Part shown: positions 1 through 9,444 of the stretch, in pieces
How the letters are laid out: each line of letters begins with the position of its first letter
How positions within the stretch are numbered: position 1 is the first letter of the stretch
NCBI GenBank assembly: GCA_050287845.1
Contig: JBNKCR010000098.1
Coordinates: forward strand, 224,001 to 288,000
Direction of reading: 5' to 3'
DNA: 64,000 nucleotides
Source of the DNA: Polyangia bacterium
Lineage (GTDB): Bacteria > Myxococcota_A > Polyangia > JAAYKL01
Translations under genes and position numbers: made by a program
The notes under the pieces: generated by a model
The model's database searches: none
What the model saw: the letters and a program-made list of their open reading frames with translations, nothing else
Told to the model about the DNA's origin: nothing

Positions 1-184
1 GCCCCTTGAGGTCCGCCAGTGTTCTGGCAATGCGTTCACCTGATTTTCGGTAACTTTCCTGCAGATGCTGTTCTTTCTGTTCCTGCTTTTTCAATGCGCC
101 CGAGAGTTTTGTTCCCAGATGCCGTCCGGCAATACCCGTGGTCAAAACACCAATTTTTACAAGTCGAGAAAACTTACCAGTCAT
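1..184 (-). CDS. ABC1/AarF/UbiB family kinase, N-terminal part (runs off window start)
   Basis: Hand translation of the minus strand from ATG at 184: MTGKFSRLVKIGVLTTGIAGRHLG...SGERIARTLADLKG, which resembles the ABC1 N-terminus preceding the LKG..MKxGQ motif. Not in the ORF track. Confidence 0.65.
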   Translation of the reverse strand, partial: MTGKFSRLVKIGVLTTGIAGRHLGTKLSGALKKQEQKEQHLQESYRKSGERIARTLADLKG

Positions 185-372
185 GATAGCAGTGTATACG
201 CTAATGTTGTAAAAAGCCAATGACTGAAACCGCTGTCGTTCGCACAATGGCACACCATCTGCTTCTGTGCACAGCTGGCACACCCTTGCGCGTTTCAATT
301 CGTCATTTTTTGCAACGTTCGCGTTTACCTTTTGTGTCGGGAAATGGAAGTGTGCGTATCAGATTTCGATGG

Positions 373-1827
373 TTATTGCCATCTTTCCAGGCGAAGCCGG
401 GGTCCCTGTATTCTGGGCAGGTCCCGATTGTCTTTGGCATTGAAATATATGTGTGTTTCCCCTTCCCGGGTGCCGAATTCAATGGCATGAAACGATTCTC
501 CACGGTCAGTGACCAGAATTGCCAGTCCCTGATTTTTGTCGGGGTCGCTGTTTATCCATTCGTTTACCAGCGCCGTGACATCCAGTTCAATCGTATCGCC
601 AAACTCAAGATAGTCGGTGGCTTCAATGGGATAGCTGGCGTATTCGTATTGTGAAATATCTGGCCTGGCAGCGTTTATTTCTGTGCCTCCTTCCCATGTG
701 ACCCCCATTGCTCCGTCTACAAATACACAGCCATCAGGCCAATTGCCGGTTTCCGAACCATTGCCTTCCTCCCAGGGGGTCCGGTTGGCATCTGATGGAA
801 CAATTCGGAATACGCCCAGTGTCATTGCAGTAACCGGGGCGTGACGTTCCAAATAATTTACAGTCAGCTCCAGACTCGCGTTATCAACGGGCCGACTGTT
901 TTCAGGAATTTCAAACCGAATGAACGCCTCTGTCGCCCCTGCAGCACCCAGATCGTCTCTTCCTCTGGCCACGGTCATTTTTCGATCGCATCCATAATTA
1001 TCGTCCATGCGAGAGTTCAAGTCGGCGCGGATATGAGTATCAGAAACCGCCAATAGTGTCTCTGATATCAATTCTGATTCTGTATCCGCCGAGGTTGACC
1101 CGGGGTCAGAATCAGTAGTTGTTTCCGAATCTGATGCGGTGCCTGGATCAACATCAGTGTCTTGCCACCCGTCGGTACTGAAATCTGTTGGATTATCGAT
1201 GTCGGTTATTGTACCTGTGCCGGTATCGGTGTCGGTATCCGCATCGGAGACTGAATTCGAATCGGTCACTGTGGCGCTGTCAGGAATACTGTCCGTTTCA
1301 GAATTACCGTTTTCGCCGGTCTCCACAAATCCATTTGTGTCTGCTGTGTCATTTTCCGAATCCGAATAAGCGGGATTGTCTTTACCCGCATCTGATGGGG
1401 GGGGCTCGCTTTCGTCGGTCGGAACGGAGAATAACATGGTGTCGCTCTCATCCGGATCGCCGGAGTCAGACTCGGTGGCAGAAATCTGTGTTGCAGTATC
1501 CCCGGCAGTGGACGGGGGAGATTCTCCGCCGGTGTCCGCTTGTGTGTCCACCGGAGCATCGGTACTTTTTTCAGAATCAACAATACCTGTATTGTCGACT
1601 GCTGTTGGGGTGAACGACTCATTTTCAACTTGTGACTCGGTTTCGGTCGTTTGTTCCGTGAGACCGTTTCGGCTCACGCAAATTCCATTGTGACATATCT
1701 CAGATGAATGGATGCAATCCGATTGTTCCACACAATCTGCCGCGTGCTCAATTGCAGTGCACGAAGAAGTGAAAATATAAAAGAGAACTGATAATATGGT
1801 TGCTGTGGTTCGTGAAATTGAATTCAT
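373..1827 (-). CDS. Secreted protein or lipoprotein with Cys-rich N-terminal motif, long Asp/Thr/Ser-rich linker and C-terminal DNRLRE/CBM96-like beta domain
   Basis: Hydrophobic N-terminus ending FTSSC; C-x4-C-x5-C-x4-C motif; DTDTDTGT low complexity; C-terminal AVSDTHIR...AFIRF...LDVTALVNEW...NQGL...PRLRL pattern. Confidence 0.6.
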   Translation of the reverse strand: MNSISRTTATILSVLFYIFTSSCTAIEHAADCVEQSDCIHSSEICHNGICVSRNGLTEQTTETESQVENESFTPTAVDNTGIVDSEKSTDAPVDTQADTGGESPPSTAGDTATQISATESDSGDPDESDTMLFSVPTDESEPPPSDAGKDNPAYSDSENDTADTNGFVETGENGNSETDSIPDSATVTDSNSVSDADTDTDTGTGTITDIDNPTDFSTDGWQDTDVDPGTASDSETTTDSDPGSTSADTESELISETLLAVSDTHIRADLNSRMDDNYGCDRKMTVARGRDDLGAAGATEAFIRFEIPENSRPVDNASLELTVNYLERHAPVTAMTLGVFRIVPSDANRTPWEEGNGSETGNWPDGCVFVDGAMGVTWEGGTEINAARPDISQYEYASYPIEATDYLEFGDTIELDVTALVNEWINSDPDKNQGLAILVTDRGESFHAIEFGTREGETHIYFNAKDNRDLPRIQGPRLRLERWQ

Positions 1828-1842
1828 CTTCGATTTTACCTT

Positions 1843-3501
1843 TCAATTCAACCGAAAATACAAAGCTGTTTCCACCGATGCGGAAAGACGCCATATGTTG
1901 CTGGACTCCGCACCTACTCCGCAACTATAGGAACCGCCCACGTCAGCGATAATTGCCATATGAACGAGACGACTGATATTGAATAACAGATTTGTTTCAA
2001 TCAAAGGCCGATAACGGCCGCAGGAGCGCCGCTGACCGTCGTCGTATAACTGAATCATATATGCGCCACTGAACGCCGCGCCAACCCCCAGACGGGAACG
2101 GGGTAAAATAAAAGCGTATCCCGCACCGACCCGCGCACCAGTCTCATGCACCTGGTGACGCCACGCAGGATATTCCCGGCTATCGTACCCGTATTGAAAC
2201 TGGGTGGAGACAAACAGGTGTCCAATGTCAAATCGCAGTGGAAAAAACACGTTATTCCGCGCAAACAGAATTCGTGAGTTCGCTATTCCGTAACTGTATC
2301 CGATGCCGGTGAGGAGAGACAATCCGGCCTTGACACGCATGGCAGTAAAATTCAGGTCTGCCCCGGCGCCTTTTTCCATCAATGATTCATAATGTTCTCC
2401 TGGCGCGGGCAACGGCGCAATATCGTATATTGTGCGAAGAACAAGTTTTTCACCAGCTTTCAATGTCACCGTACTGGTAGCTACCTGGTTGTCACGGTTG
2501 GTAAAAATAAGCCTGGCAATTCCAGGATATACAGGCAGCGTCTTTTTTTTGCCTGTTTTTTTTTCAAATATCTGGGTGTAGTTTCCTGTTTTATACGCCA
2601 GCGCAAATTTCCCGGAGAGGCCCTTAGACAATTCCAGGCTGGCCGAGCGTCTGCTGAGAAAGCTGAAATAGATGGGCGCGTTGGAGCGTAAGTTTGAAAT
2701 GTACTGCTCGGGAACCTGATTTTTTTTTCTGCGTGCAGTATATTCAACGGTGTGGGAACGGGCGTACTGCCAGATGTTTTCAAGAGTAATGCCTGGTCCA
2801 CTGACTTCTGCCTGCTCCAGTGCTTTAATAAAGAAATGGGTAAATACGCCACCCAGACGTTCATCTTCAAAGCTTTCCTGGTTGCTGCCACTGGATACAT
2901 ACCATATTCGTCCCTCTGCGGAGAGCACTTCCTCGGGGAGTTCGTTGAACAGGTTCAGTCCTGGGGCAGGGCGAATTCCTTTTGCGTGCAGCGTTGTCTC
3001 GTCCAAGCTCCCAGAGTAGCACGAGTCGAAGACACCAATCGAGAAATCCGCATTCATTTCAGAAAAAATTTTACCGATTTCATCCCCGGAAAACGGGCCA
3101 TCTCTTAAAAGCAATTTTCCCTCTAAACCATGTCCGGTGAAATAGAATAAAAACAGCGTATCCACCTTCCCCAGCAATTTAAGATCCGCTTCCCGCCGTC
3201 GTCTGAGTGACTGGATGGCCGATAGAACATCCGTGCGTGTTGCACCGGTCAGCACGCGGGTTCGGGATTCCGACGAATCAAACTGGGAGAATTCAACCAG
3301 TTTGTCCCGCAGCGTCCTCGCCTCTTTCTCCGCGTGTTGGAGAGGGGTGAAGGGCTGGGTCCCGTCGTCGTCAACGCCATCGTTGTTTCCAACGATAAGT
3401 GCATACCGAATGGTAATTGCAGTAGAAGGCGCGGCAAAAAGCAATATCGAAAACACGCCGAGAACAACTTGAACTGTCATACGAATAGGCATACCGTGCA
3501 T
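1843..3501 (-). CDS. Caspase-like (peptidase C14) protein with signal peptide and C-terminal putative beta-barrel
   Basis: RYALIVGNN, FYFTGHG (catalytic His), DSCYSG (catalytic Cys), SFED..LGGVFTHFF, Q.P motif; amphipathic beta-strands ending YFRLN. Confidence 0.85.
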   Translation of the reverse strand: MHGMPIRMTVQVVLGVFSILLFAAPSTAITIRYALIVGNNDGVDDDGTQPFTPLQHAEKEARTLRDKLVEFSQFDSSESRTRVLTGATRTDVLSAIQSLRRRREADLKLLGKVDTLFLFYFTGHGLEGKLLLRDGPFSGDEIGKIFSEMNADFSIGVFDSCYSGSLDETTLHAKGIRPAPGLNLFNELPEEVLSAEGRIWYVSSGSNQESFEDERLGGVFTHFFIKALEQAEVSGPGITLENIWQYARSHTVEYTARRKKNQVPEQYISNLRSNAPIYFSFLSRRSASLELSKGLSGKFALAYKTGNYTQIFEKKTGKKKTLPVYPGIARLIFTNRDNQVATSTVTLKAGEKLVLRTIYDIAPLPAPGEHYESLMEKGAGADLNFTAMRVKAGLSLLTGIGYSYGIANSRILFARNNVFFPLRFDIGHLFVSTQFQYGYDSREYPAWRHQVHETGARVGAGYAFILPRSRLGVGAAFSGAYMIQLYDDGQRRSCGRYRPLIETNLLFNISRLVHMAIIADVGGSYSCGVGAESSNIWRLSASVETALYFRLN

Positions 3502-3503
3502 TT

Positions 3504-4898
3504 CTATCGCTTCATCGGCAGAATCAACACCGTTCTGGCCTCAGGTACATCAAGCAACAGACCGCATTCTGAATCTGTATGCTGAACTGCTGAATTGAAA
3601 ATCGCATCTTTTACATCTTGACTTATTAGTGGTTTATCTGAGAACACGGCAACTATCCATTCGCAACCAACGCCGTCTCCAACCACAGCACCGTCTACTA
3701 TGGGTATCTGTTCTCCTGCGGCAATGGGTGCGCTTGATGTCTCATTCACCGGATATAGCAGTGTTGCAACAGCATTGTCGTCCAGACTGACGATAGTCAG
3801 GTACCCTGGAGCATCTGCAGTGTAGAAGAATCCCAATCGATCGTTTGTCATCAATTCATCAAGCGGACGGGCTGTAAATCGGGTTTGTCCCCGTTCAATT
3901 GCCATAAAAAACTGATCTGCGTGTTTTCCATAGTGTCCTTTGGGTGAGAGCGCTTCCGAAGACGGAACAGACTCCTCCGGTGTAGTCCGGAAAAGAAAAA
4001 TGGACCCCAGCATCACCAGCAGACCTGCTGCGGTGGCAATCCATTTCCAGTTGCCAGCTCCGGGGGGGCGGGACATCCGGACAGGTTCTTCCTCCGCCAA
4101 TAATGTCTGAGTCTGAAGATCAAAGTCGTGAAGGTACAGCAACATCCTTCGACACAACGAACAGCTCAGCAAATGGGATTCTGAGCGTTTGAGAGAAATG
4201 TCGTCCGTTGCATCGAGATGAAATCCACAATCATCCTGCAGGCGAACATGCCCGTTATCAAGAAGGCTTCGAACCGTATCTGAACTGACAGCACTGCTAT
4301 CAATAGGATTGAAGGACATGGACGGATGGTTCCCGGTAGCACTGGATTGCAGTTGATTCAGAACACATTGCTTCAGTTGCTTCTGTCCCTGTTTCAGCAA
4401 CCTCCCAATATACGATTTTGAACCACCGACAATCTCTCCTATCTGTTCATTGGAAATTTTTCTGCTGAACTTCAACCACAATGATGCCTGGGTTTTCGGC
4501 GTCAACTTTTTCATGCACCGGTGCAATAATGGTTTCAGGCGATTTAACTCCGCAGCGGATTCGGGGTCAATCCCTTTATCCTCGTGATTTTCTGTCTCTA
4601 TTTGTGTCGACTTTTCCTGTCGATTTTTATATCGGATTGAGCGCCGCACTGCTGTTTGTCTTAAAAATGAGTAAACTGCTTTTGATGAAGCAATTGTTTT
4701 CGCCCGATTTTCTATGAAATCCAGAAGGATTTCCACGGTCATATCGTGTGCATCAGGGCGCTCGCCAAGAATATAGGCGCAAATCGGATAAATTTTATCA
4801 TAGTACGTATACCAGAATTCACCGATAGCATTTTTATCTCGATTCACAAGACCCCAGACGATGTCGTCGCTGTTCAATTGTAACTTTCTATTCAACAT
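3504..4898 (-). CDS. ECF sigma-70 factor fused to ZAS anti-sigma motif, TM helix and DUF4384-like domain
   Basis: Sigma2-like segment (YYDKIYPICAYILG..DAHDMTVE), sigma4 HTH (LTPKTQASLWLKF..ISNEQIGEIVG), HLLSCSLC (HxxxCxxC), TM WKWIATAAGLLVMLGSIFLF, and DRLGFFY...GYLTIVSLD...LLYP...G.EWIVAVFSDKPL. Confidence 0.75.
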   Translation of the reverse strand: MLNRKLQLNSDDIVWGLVNRDKNAIGEFWYTYYDKIYPICAYILGERPDAHDMTVEILLDFIENRAKTIASSKAVYSFLRQTAVRRSIRYKNRQEKSTQIETENHEDKGIDPESAAELNRLKPLLHRCMKKLTPKTQASLWLKFSRKISNEQIGEIVGGSKSYIGRLLKQGQKQLKQCVLNQLQSSATGNHPSMSFNPIDSSAVSSDTVRSLLDNGHVRLQDDCGFHLDATDDISLKRSESHLLSCSLCRRMLLYLHDFDLQTQTLLAEEEPVRMSRPPGAGNWKWIATAAGLLVMLGSIFLFRTTPEESVPSSEALSPKGHYGKHADQFFMAIERGQTRFTARPLDELMTNDRLGFFYTADAPGYLTIVSLDDNAVATLLYPVNETSSAPIAAGEQIPIVDGAVVGDGVGCEWIVAVFSDKPLISQDVKDAIFNSAVQHTDSECGLLLDVPEARTVLILPMKR

Positions 4899-5171
4899 GG
4901 ACGATTCTCCCCGTCACACTGAGCGATTCAGTTCGTCACAAAATTTCTTATGGCGTGCACAGTACAATTTATTCCATTGCATTTCAAGTCGCTTCAAACT
5001 GTTATTGCCAACAAATCGTGCAAGTGCGCGGGGACATTGCTTATATTTTTTTGTACCGGATTATTAAAAAAAATGATCTGTGATAAATTGAAAGAAAGGA
5101 GATTTTTTTGTCTACTTTTTGGGCGTTCGGGGTCTTAATAAGATTTGGTAGTGTGAGATCAGCGCAAACTT

Positions 5172-5864
5172 CTATTTGTAAATATGTCTCATGTCGGGTT
5201 TTTCTGTGGCAAAATAGTGCACCCAGATATAAATGTGATTGAATAACGCCGCTGCCAGCGCTGCAGACGAAGCAAACCAGAGTCCCGGCACCCAAAAAAT
5301 CAGAAAACCGTAGATGTACATTCCATTGCGAGTAAAGCGAAAAATACCTCTCTTTTCAAAAGATCTTGTGCGATAGGCTTCATCGAAATGGTCTGCGCCG
5401 AACGCACGCGTTGCTGTGAAGTAACGCTTCACCGAATAAAAAAGATATAGCGCTGGCAACAGCACAAGTACTGCAGCAGTCTTCAAAAATGTAGTATTAT
5501 GGTTAAATGTACCCGTATTTGAAATGGCAAGCATAAGGACCACTCCAACTCTTGCAACTCCGATAAAAGAAAATAATATGCTGTAAATTTTAAAACTACG
5601 CTGACCCAGTATTCGGGAAAGTAGTTGCCAATGCAATTCCCAACGCCAGCAGACCCACACATACACCTGATGAATGATTGGGATAAGGAGTGAAAGAAAA
5701 AACCAGGTCCGGCTATTGATTCTCCACAATTCGCCGTGGACAAAATCAGGAGACTGCGAAATGAAATGCGCAGCGCCAAGCAATACAACCAGCGCGCCGA
5801 TATGTAACAGCTGACCTTCAAAAAATAAACTGCCACCTGTTTTCAGATAATGTTTTTGGGTCAT
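5172..5864 (-). CDS. PEMT/isoprenylcysteine carboxyl methyltransferase-like membrane protein
   Basis: Multiple TM helices; GIFRFTRNGMY and TEKPDMRHIY motifs. Start moved to ATG 5864 (MTQKH) after an AAAGGAAA RBS. Confidence 0.7.
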   Translation of the reverse strand: MTQKHYLKTGGSLFFEGQLLHIGALVVLLGAAHFISQSPDFVHGELWRINSRTWFFLSLLIPIIHQVYVWVCWRWELHWQLLSRILGQRSFKIYSILFSFIGVARVGVVLMLAISNTGTFNHNTTFLKTAAVLVLLPALYLFYSVKRYFTATRAFGADHFDEAYRTRSFEKRGIFRFTRNGMYIYGFLIFWVPGLWFASSAALAAALFNHIYIWVHYFATEKPDMRHIYK

Positions 5865-5925
5865 TTTTTGCTTTCCTTTCAGCACCTGCACTGCAGAGAA
5901 TATATGAAGAAAGAAGCGCGGGCAC

Positions 5926-5957
5926 AAAAAAAGGTGGGCCCAGTACTGAGCCCACCT
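5926..5957 (-). terminator. Rho-independent terminator downstream of the SRPBCC gene
   Basis: Minus strand AGGTGGGCTCAG-TA-CTGGGCCCACCT followed by a T-run. Confidence 0.75.
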
Positions 5958-5992
5958 GATGCAGGGAGATGCAAAATTGAACAGCGAGAGAG

Positions 5993-6643
5993 CTATTTTC
6001 TTGCTGTTCGGGTAAAATATTTTTTACCGGATGCCGTTGCCAACCATTTTTTGATGTCGTGGGGTGCGCCAATCAGGTTGCGTTCAACAGCTCTATTTGT
6101 GCTTTCGCTTAAAAGATTTATCACGCCCATCGGTACTTTGGCCGAAACCACATACGCGACCAATGTGCGATTACCCGGCTGAGCAAACAGTTTCCAATAT
6201 CCACGGGCCATGTCAATATCATGGGGTTTGTCCTCGAGTAGCGAAAAAGACATCGTATGATTGACCTCATCCAGATTCACTTCGAGGTAGTATTCCAAGT
6301 TTATCATCTTGTACCCCATCTGATAACGAATCATCGATATGTTGCCTTTACGCGCTACCTGTCGTACATCTGCTGTGGCGTCAAATACTCTGTGGTACGA
6401 TTCAAAGTCCTGTATTGCCTGCCAGACCACATCAACCGGGGCATCTATTAATGTATACCCTGATCCGCCGTAAAACCCCTTTTGGCCCGAACTGGCAAGC
6501 GGCTTTCGAATGGTTTGTCCAGCTTTCAATTTCTCCTTTTCATCCGGGCTGAAATTCACAGCGGCGGCGTTCAGACTGGCGAACATGAAGATTGAAAGCG
6601 CGACTGACGTAAAGAAATATCTTCTAAAATTATATGTTTTCAT
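5993..6643 (-). CDS. SRPBCC/START (polyketide cyclase-like) family protein with signal peptide
   Basis: IDAPVDVVWQAIQDFESY motif and G.WKL......TLVAY; N-terminal signal peptide ending AAA. Confidence 0.75.
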   Translation of the reverse strand: MKTYNFRRYFFTSVALSIFMFASLNAAAVNFSPDEKEKLKAGQTIRKPLASSGQKGFYGGSGYTLIDAPVDVVWQAIQDFESYHRVFDATADVRQVARKGNISMIRYQMGYKMINLEYYLEVNLDEVNHTMSFSLLEDKPHDIDMARGYWKLFAQPGNRTLVAYVVSAKVPMGVINLLSESTNRAVERNLIGAPHDIKKWLATASGKKYFTRTARK

Positions 6644-6948
6644 GAATATAGCTCCCTTTTTATCAATTAACTTGCATCCCTTGTGTGAATAGACTTTCTG
6701 CGAGCGAAAAAATTCCAGTAAAACCAGGTATCTCCGATGAGATCGGCCTGACTTTACCCTTAATGAATATCAGCAATAACCGTTCCAAAATATAGGTAGG
6801 TGCCTGCTTTATGATAGTTGCAAAAAAAAACCAATTATTTTAGCGTGTTACCTTTCGGTTGCTTTGCATTTTGTTGCCATTTCAGTGGTAACCGGATAAT
6901 AATCGAGAAAATTATACACACATTTTCTGCATAACAAGTGGGTTAAAC

Positions 6949-8802
6949 ATGCAACAGAAAATTTCTAAGGGGACCATCCTCGGCGACAGATTTGTGATAG
7001 ATGAGTTGGCAAACCAGGGCGACATGGGGCAACTTTATAAGGCAAGGGATAATGCCACAAAAAAGATAGTTGCCGTCAGGGCGATTCCTCTGTCGCTTCT
7101 TAACAATGGATTTCTTGACCATCTCAAGGCGCGGATGCAGCAGACATCAACGCTGTCCCATCGAAATATTCGTGCGACCTATGGTATGGGAATCAAAGAT
7201 GATTTCGTATTTATCGCAGCAGAGTGGGTAGATGGGCAAAATTTACAGTCGCTTCTGAAGAAGCGAACTGACGATGAAAAACGATTCTCGTTCAAAGGCG
7301 CGTACAACATTATTGGTCACGTATGCAACGCCTTGAGTCACGCCCATGAAAATGGCTGTTATCACGGCGCATTGAACCCGCATAGCATTATGGTGAACAA
7401 TGCGGGGCGTGTGAAGGTCCATGACTGGCCGTTGTCCACCATAAGAATCAACAAGACCGATTATGCTGGCCGCACAAAAATGGAAGCTGCATATTGGTCT
7501 CCGGAAGCGCTGAAGGCGCCGAAAACGGTTTCATATAGGGCGGACATCTTTTCGCTCGGTGCATTGTTCTACAGTCTGATTACCGGACGCACGCCACAGC
7601 GACCTCTGATTGCACCCAGTAAACTGGGATTTTCTGCTGAGGCGGACAGCATTATTGCCAGGTGCATGGCCGCTGACCCGAAACAGCGCTTAAAGTCTGC
7701 TCTTGAGGTAAAGCAGGCAATCAAGCAACTGGCAGCCACCACGAAAACATCGATCGCACCGCCTGGGGCAGTGGACGATGATCTTGGAATCGATATTGAT
7801 GTTGAATTTGATGCCAGTGATGGCGACAATGATTCCCCCGGCAGAGGTGGGATGTTGGATGCTTCCGATTTACCTCCTCCTCCCACCGCCAACGTCTCGA
7901 ATGACAGAGCGTCCACCATCGATATGGGGGCAATACTGGCTCGAACGGCACAGAATGATTCCGCCCGGTGGATGGTTCAGAAAGATAAATTCGATCATGG
8001 GCCGTTCAACGATCGGGAACTGATTCAAATGATTATGCTTGGCGAGGTATTGGGCACCCATATGCTAACTAATATGGATACCGGAGAGCGAAAGCAGGTT
8101 CGCGCCTGGGGGGACTTCGATGCGTATCTGGAGAAATATCGTCTGAAAAAGCAGCAGCAGGACGAACAGGCGGCGTTGAAGAAAACAGAAAAGGCGGAAT
8201 CGCGCGGAATGGTGTTCAAACTGGTGGTCGCGGCAGGTGTTCTGGGGTTGATCGGGTTACTTGTCGGCGGCTATTTTTTGACGCGCACCATGCGGCGAGA
8301 GAAACAACTGGGCCCGGATGAGATGGTGAGCGCATTTGATAGCGGCGAAATCCAGATTAAGATGGGGTCAAAAATGAATGCTGGTGGCGGTAAAGGGCGA
8401 AACGGAACTCGCAGTGGCGGTAAAAGTAAACGGCGCAGTAGCAGCGGCGGGGGGGGAGGTAGCAGAGAATTTGCCAACGGAATGAGTTACGAGGAAGCGA
8501 TGAATATGGGCGTTGCCCTTGGAGATTTGAGTTCATCGGGGGGGCGTCGACTTACTTCTGAAGATATAAATGGGATTATGCGTAGAAACGTCCGAAAATT
8601 TATTCCCTGTATCGCCGGAGAATCCGTGAAACGTGTGGATATGAATATCGCGGTGGCCGGTGATGGGCGTGTCATGGGGGTATCCGTGCAACAGGGAAGT
8701 CCAAAGATGAAAAACTGTATCCAGAAAAAAGTGCGCGGCATCAACTTTCCATCGTCAAACCAGGCTCGTACCGCTACTTCGTGGTATTTCGAAATCTATT
8801 AA
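6949..8802 (+). CDS. Hanks-type Ser/Thr pseudokinase with GYF_2-like domain, TM helix and C-terminal AgmX/TonB-C-like domain
   Basis: Kinase fold with degenerate motifs (VAVR, HGALNPHS, HDW), intact YWSPE and ADIFSLG; W......DHGPF...L motif; TM; Gly-rich linker; C-terminal FIPC...IAVAGDGRV..VSV...CI......FP. Confidence 0.75.
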   Translation: MQQKISKGTILGDRFVIDELANQGDMGQLYKARDNATKKIVAVRAIPLSLLNNGFLDHLKARMQQTSTLSHRNIRATYGMGIKDDFVFIAAEWVDGQNLQSLLKKRTDDEKRFSFKGAYNIIGHVCNALSHAHENGCYHGALNPHSIMVNNAGRVKVHDWPLSTIRINKTDYAGRTKMEAAYWSPEALKAPKTVSYRADIFSLGALFYSLITGRTPQRPLIAPSKLGFSAEADSIIARCMAADPKQRLKSALEVKQAIKQLAATTKTSIAPPGAVDDDLGIDIDVEFDASDGDNDSPGRGGMLDASDLPPPPTANVSNDRASTIDMGAILARTAQNDSARWMVQKDKFDHGPFNDRELIQMIMLGEVLGTHMLTNMDTGERKQVRAWGDFDAYLEKYRLKKQQQDEQAALKKTEKAESRGMVFKLVVAAGVLGLIGLLVGGYFLTRTMRREKQLGPDEMVSAFDSGEIQIKMGSKMNAGGGKGRNGTRSGGKSKRRSSSGGGGGSREFANGMSYEEAMNMGVALGDLSSSGGRRLTSEDINGIMRRNVRKFIPCIAGESVKRVDMNIAVAGDGRVMGVSVQQGSPKMKNCIQKKVRGINFPSSNQARTATSWYFEIY

Positions 8803-8808
8803 TGAGTT

Positions 8809-9411
8809 TTGTTTTCCACAGAGATGTATATTCAGCACGGTCATAGGAGGTTTGGTTCTTTTACCGTTCCTTGCGTTATTTTTTTGTTTTCCGTATCTAT
8901 TTTTGCACAGGACAACAATTTTGATTTACGTCGCTCCCCACGGACATCTTTTTTTCCTTCGTATGAAGAGGAAAGCCGTATCCAGCAGCGAGAACTCGAA
9001 CGTGCGCTGGAGACAACTTTAAAATCGATTCCTTCCATCTCCGGGGCTCGCGTTCATTTATCGTTAAATCCAGGGGCGCTCTGGAGAGGAAAACAGACGC
9101 CGTCCAGCGCGTCCGTTGTCCTGATCTCGGAGAACCCTTCTCGGGTTGAAAAGAAAGAAGTGAAAAAACTGGTAAGCGGCGCAGTGTCTGATGTCAGCGA
9201 GAATAACATTAGTGTTTTGGTGTATGGACTGAGAGCTGTCGATGCGCCACAGCAAATGGGCCGGGATCAAGCGCAGATGCTGTTTGCCACCGATGATGGC
9301 AGCGTACAAAAAAGAATTCTGATTTGTGTGATTGTCTTTCTGCTCGGAGCCGCCACAGTGGTTCTGGGCATTGGCGTGGCACGTTATGTCAATCGAAAAA
9401 AGTGGTTGTAA
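8809..9411 (+). CDS. EscJ/YscJ/FliF-like ring-building-motif protein (single RBM plus C-terminal TM)
   Basis: FPSYEEESR...LERALETTLKSIPSISGARVHL...PSSASVVL...VKKLVSGAV......NISV matches the YscJ/HrcJ second domain. Start codon uncertain. Confidence 0.7.
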   Translation: MFSTEMYIQHGHRRFGSFTVPCVIFLFSVSIFAQDNNFDLRRSPRTSFFPSYEEESRIQQRELERALETTLKSIPSISGARVHLSLNPGALWRGKQTPSSASVVLISENPSRVEKKEVKKLVSGAVSDVSENNISVLVYGLRAVDAPQQMGRDQAQMLFATDDGSVQKRILICVIVFLLGAATVVLGIGVARYVNRKKWL

Positions 9412-9444
9412 GGCGCAAGGTTGCCCGCTCTTTGCACTTCAACC

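Noticed and set aside
248..291. Direct repeat TGGCACACC (248-256 and 276-284), the first copy resembling a sigma54 promoter (TGGCACACCATCTGCT)
   Set aside because: It lies on the plus strand while both flanking genes are on the minus strand, and the second copy has wrong -24/-12 spacing. No target gene can be supported.
1130..1280. GTATCGGTGTCG-type short repeats
   Set aside because: Explained by the Asp-Thr low-complexity linker of the lipoprotein.
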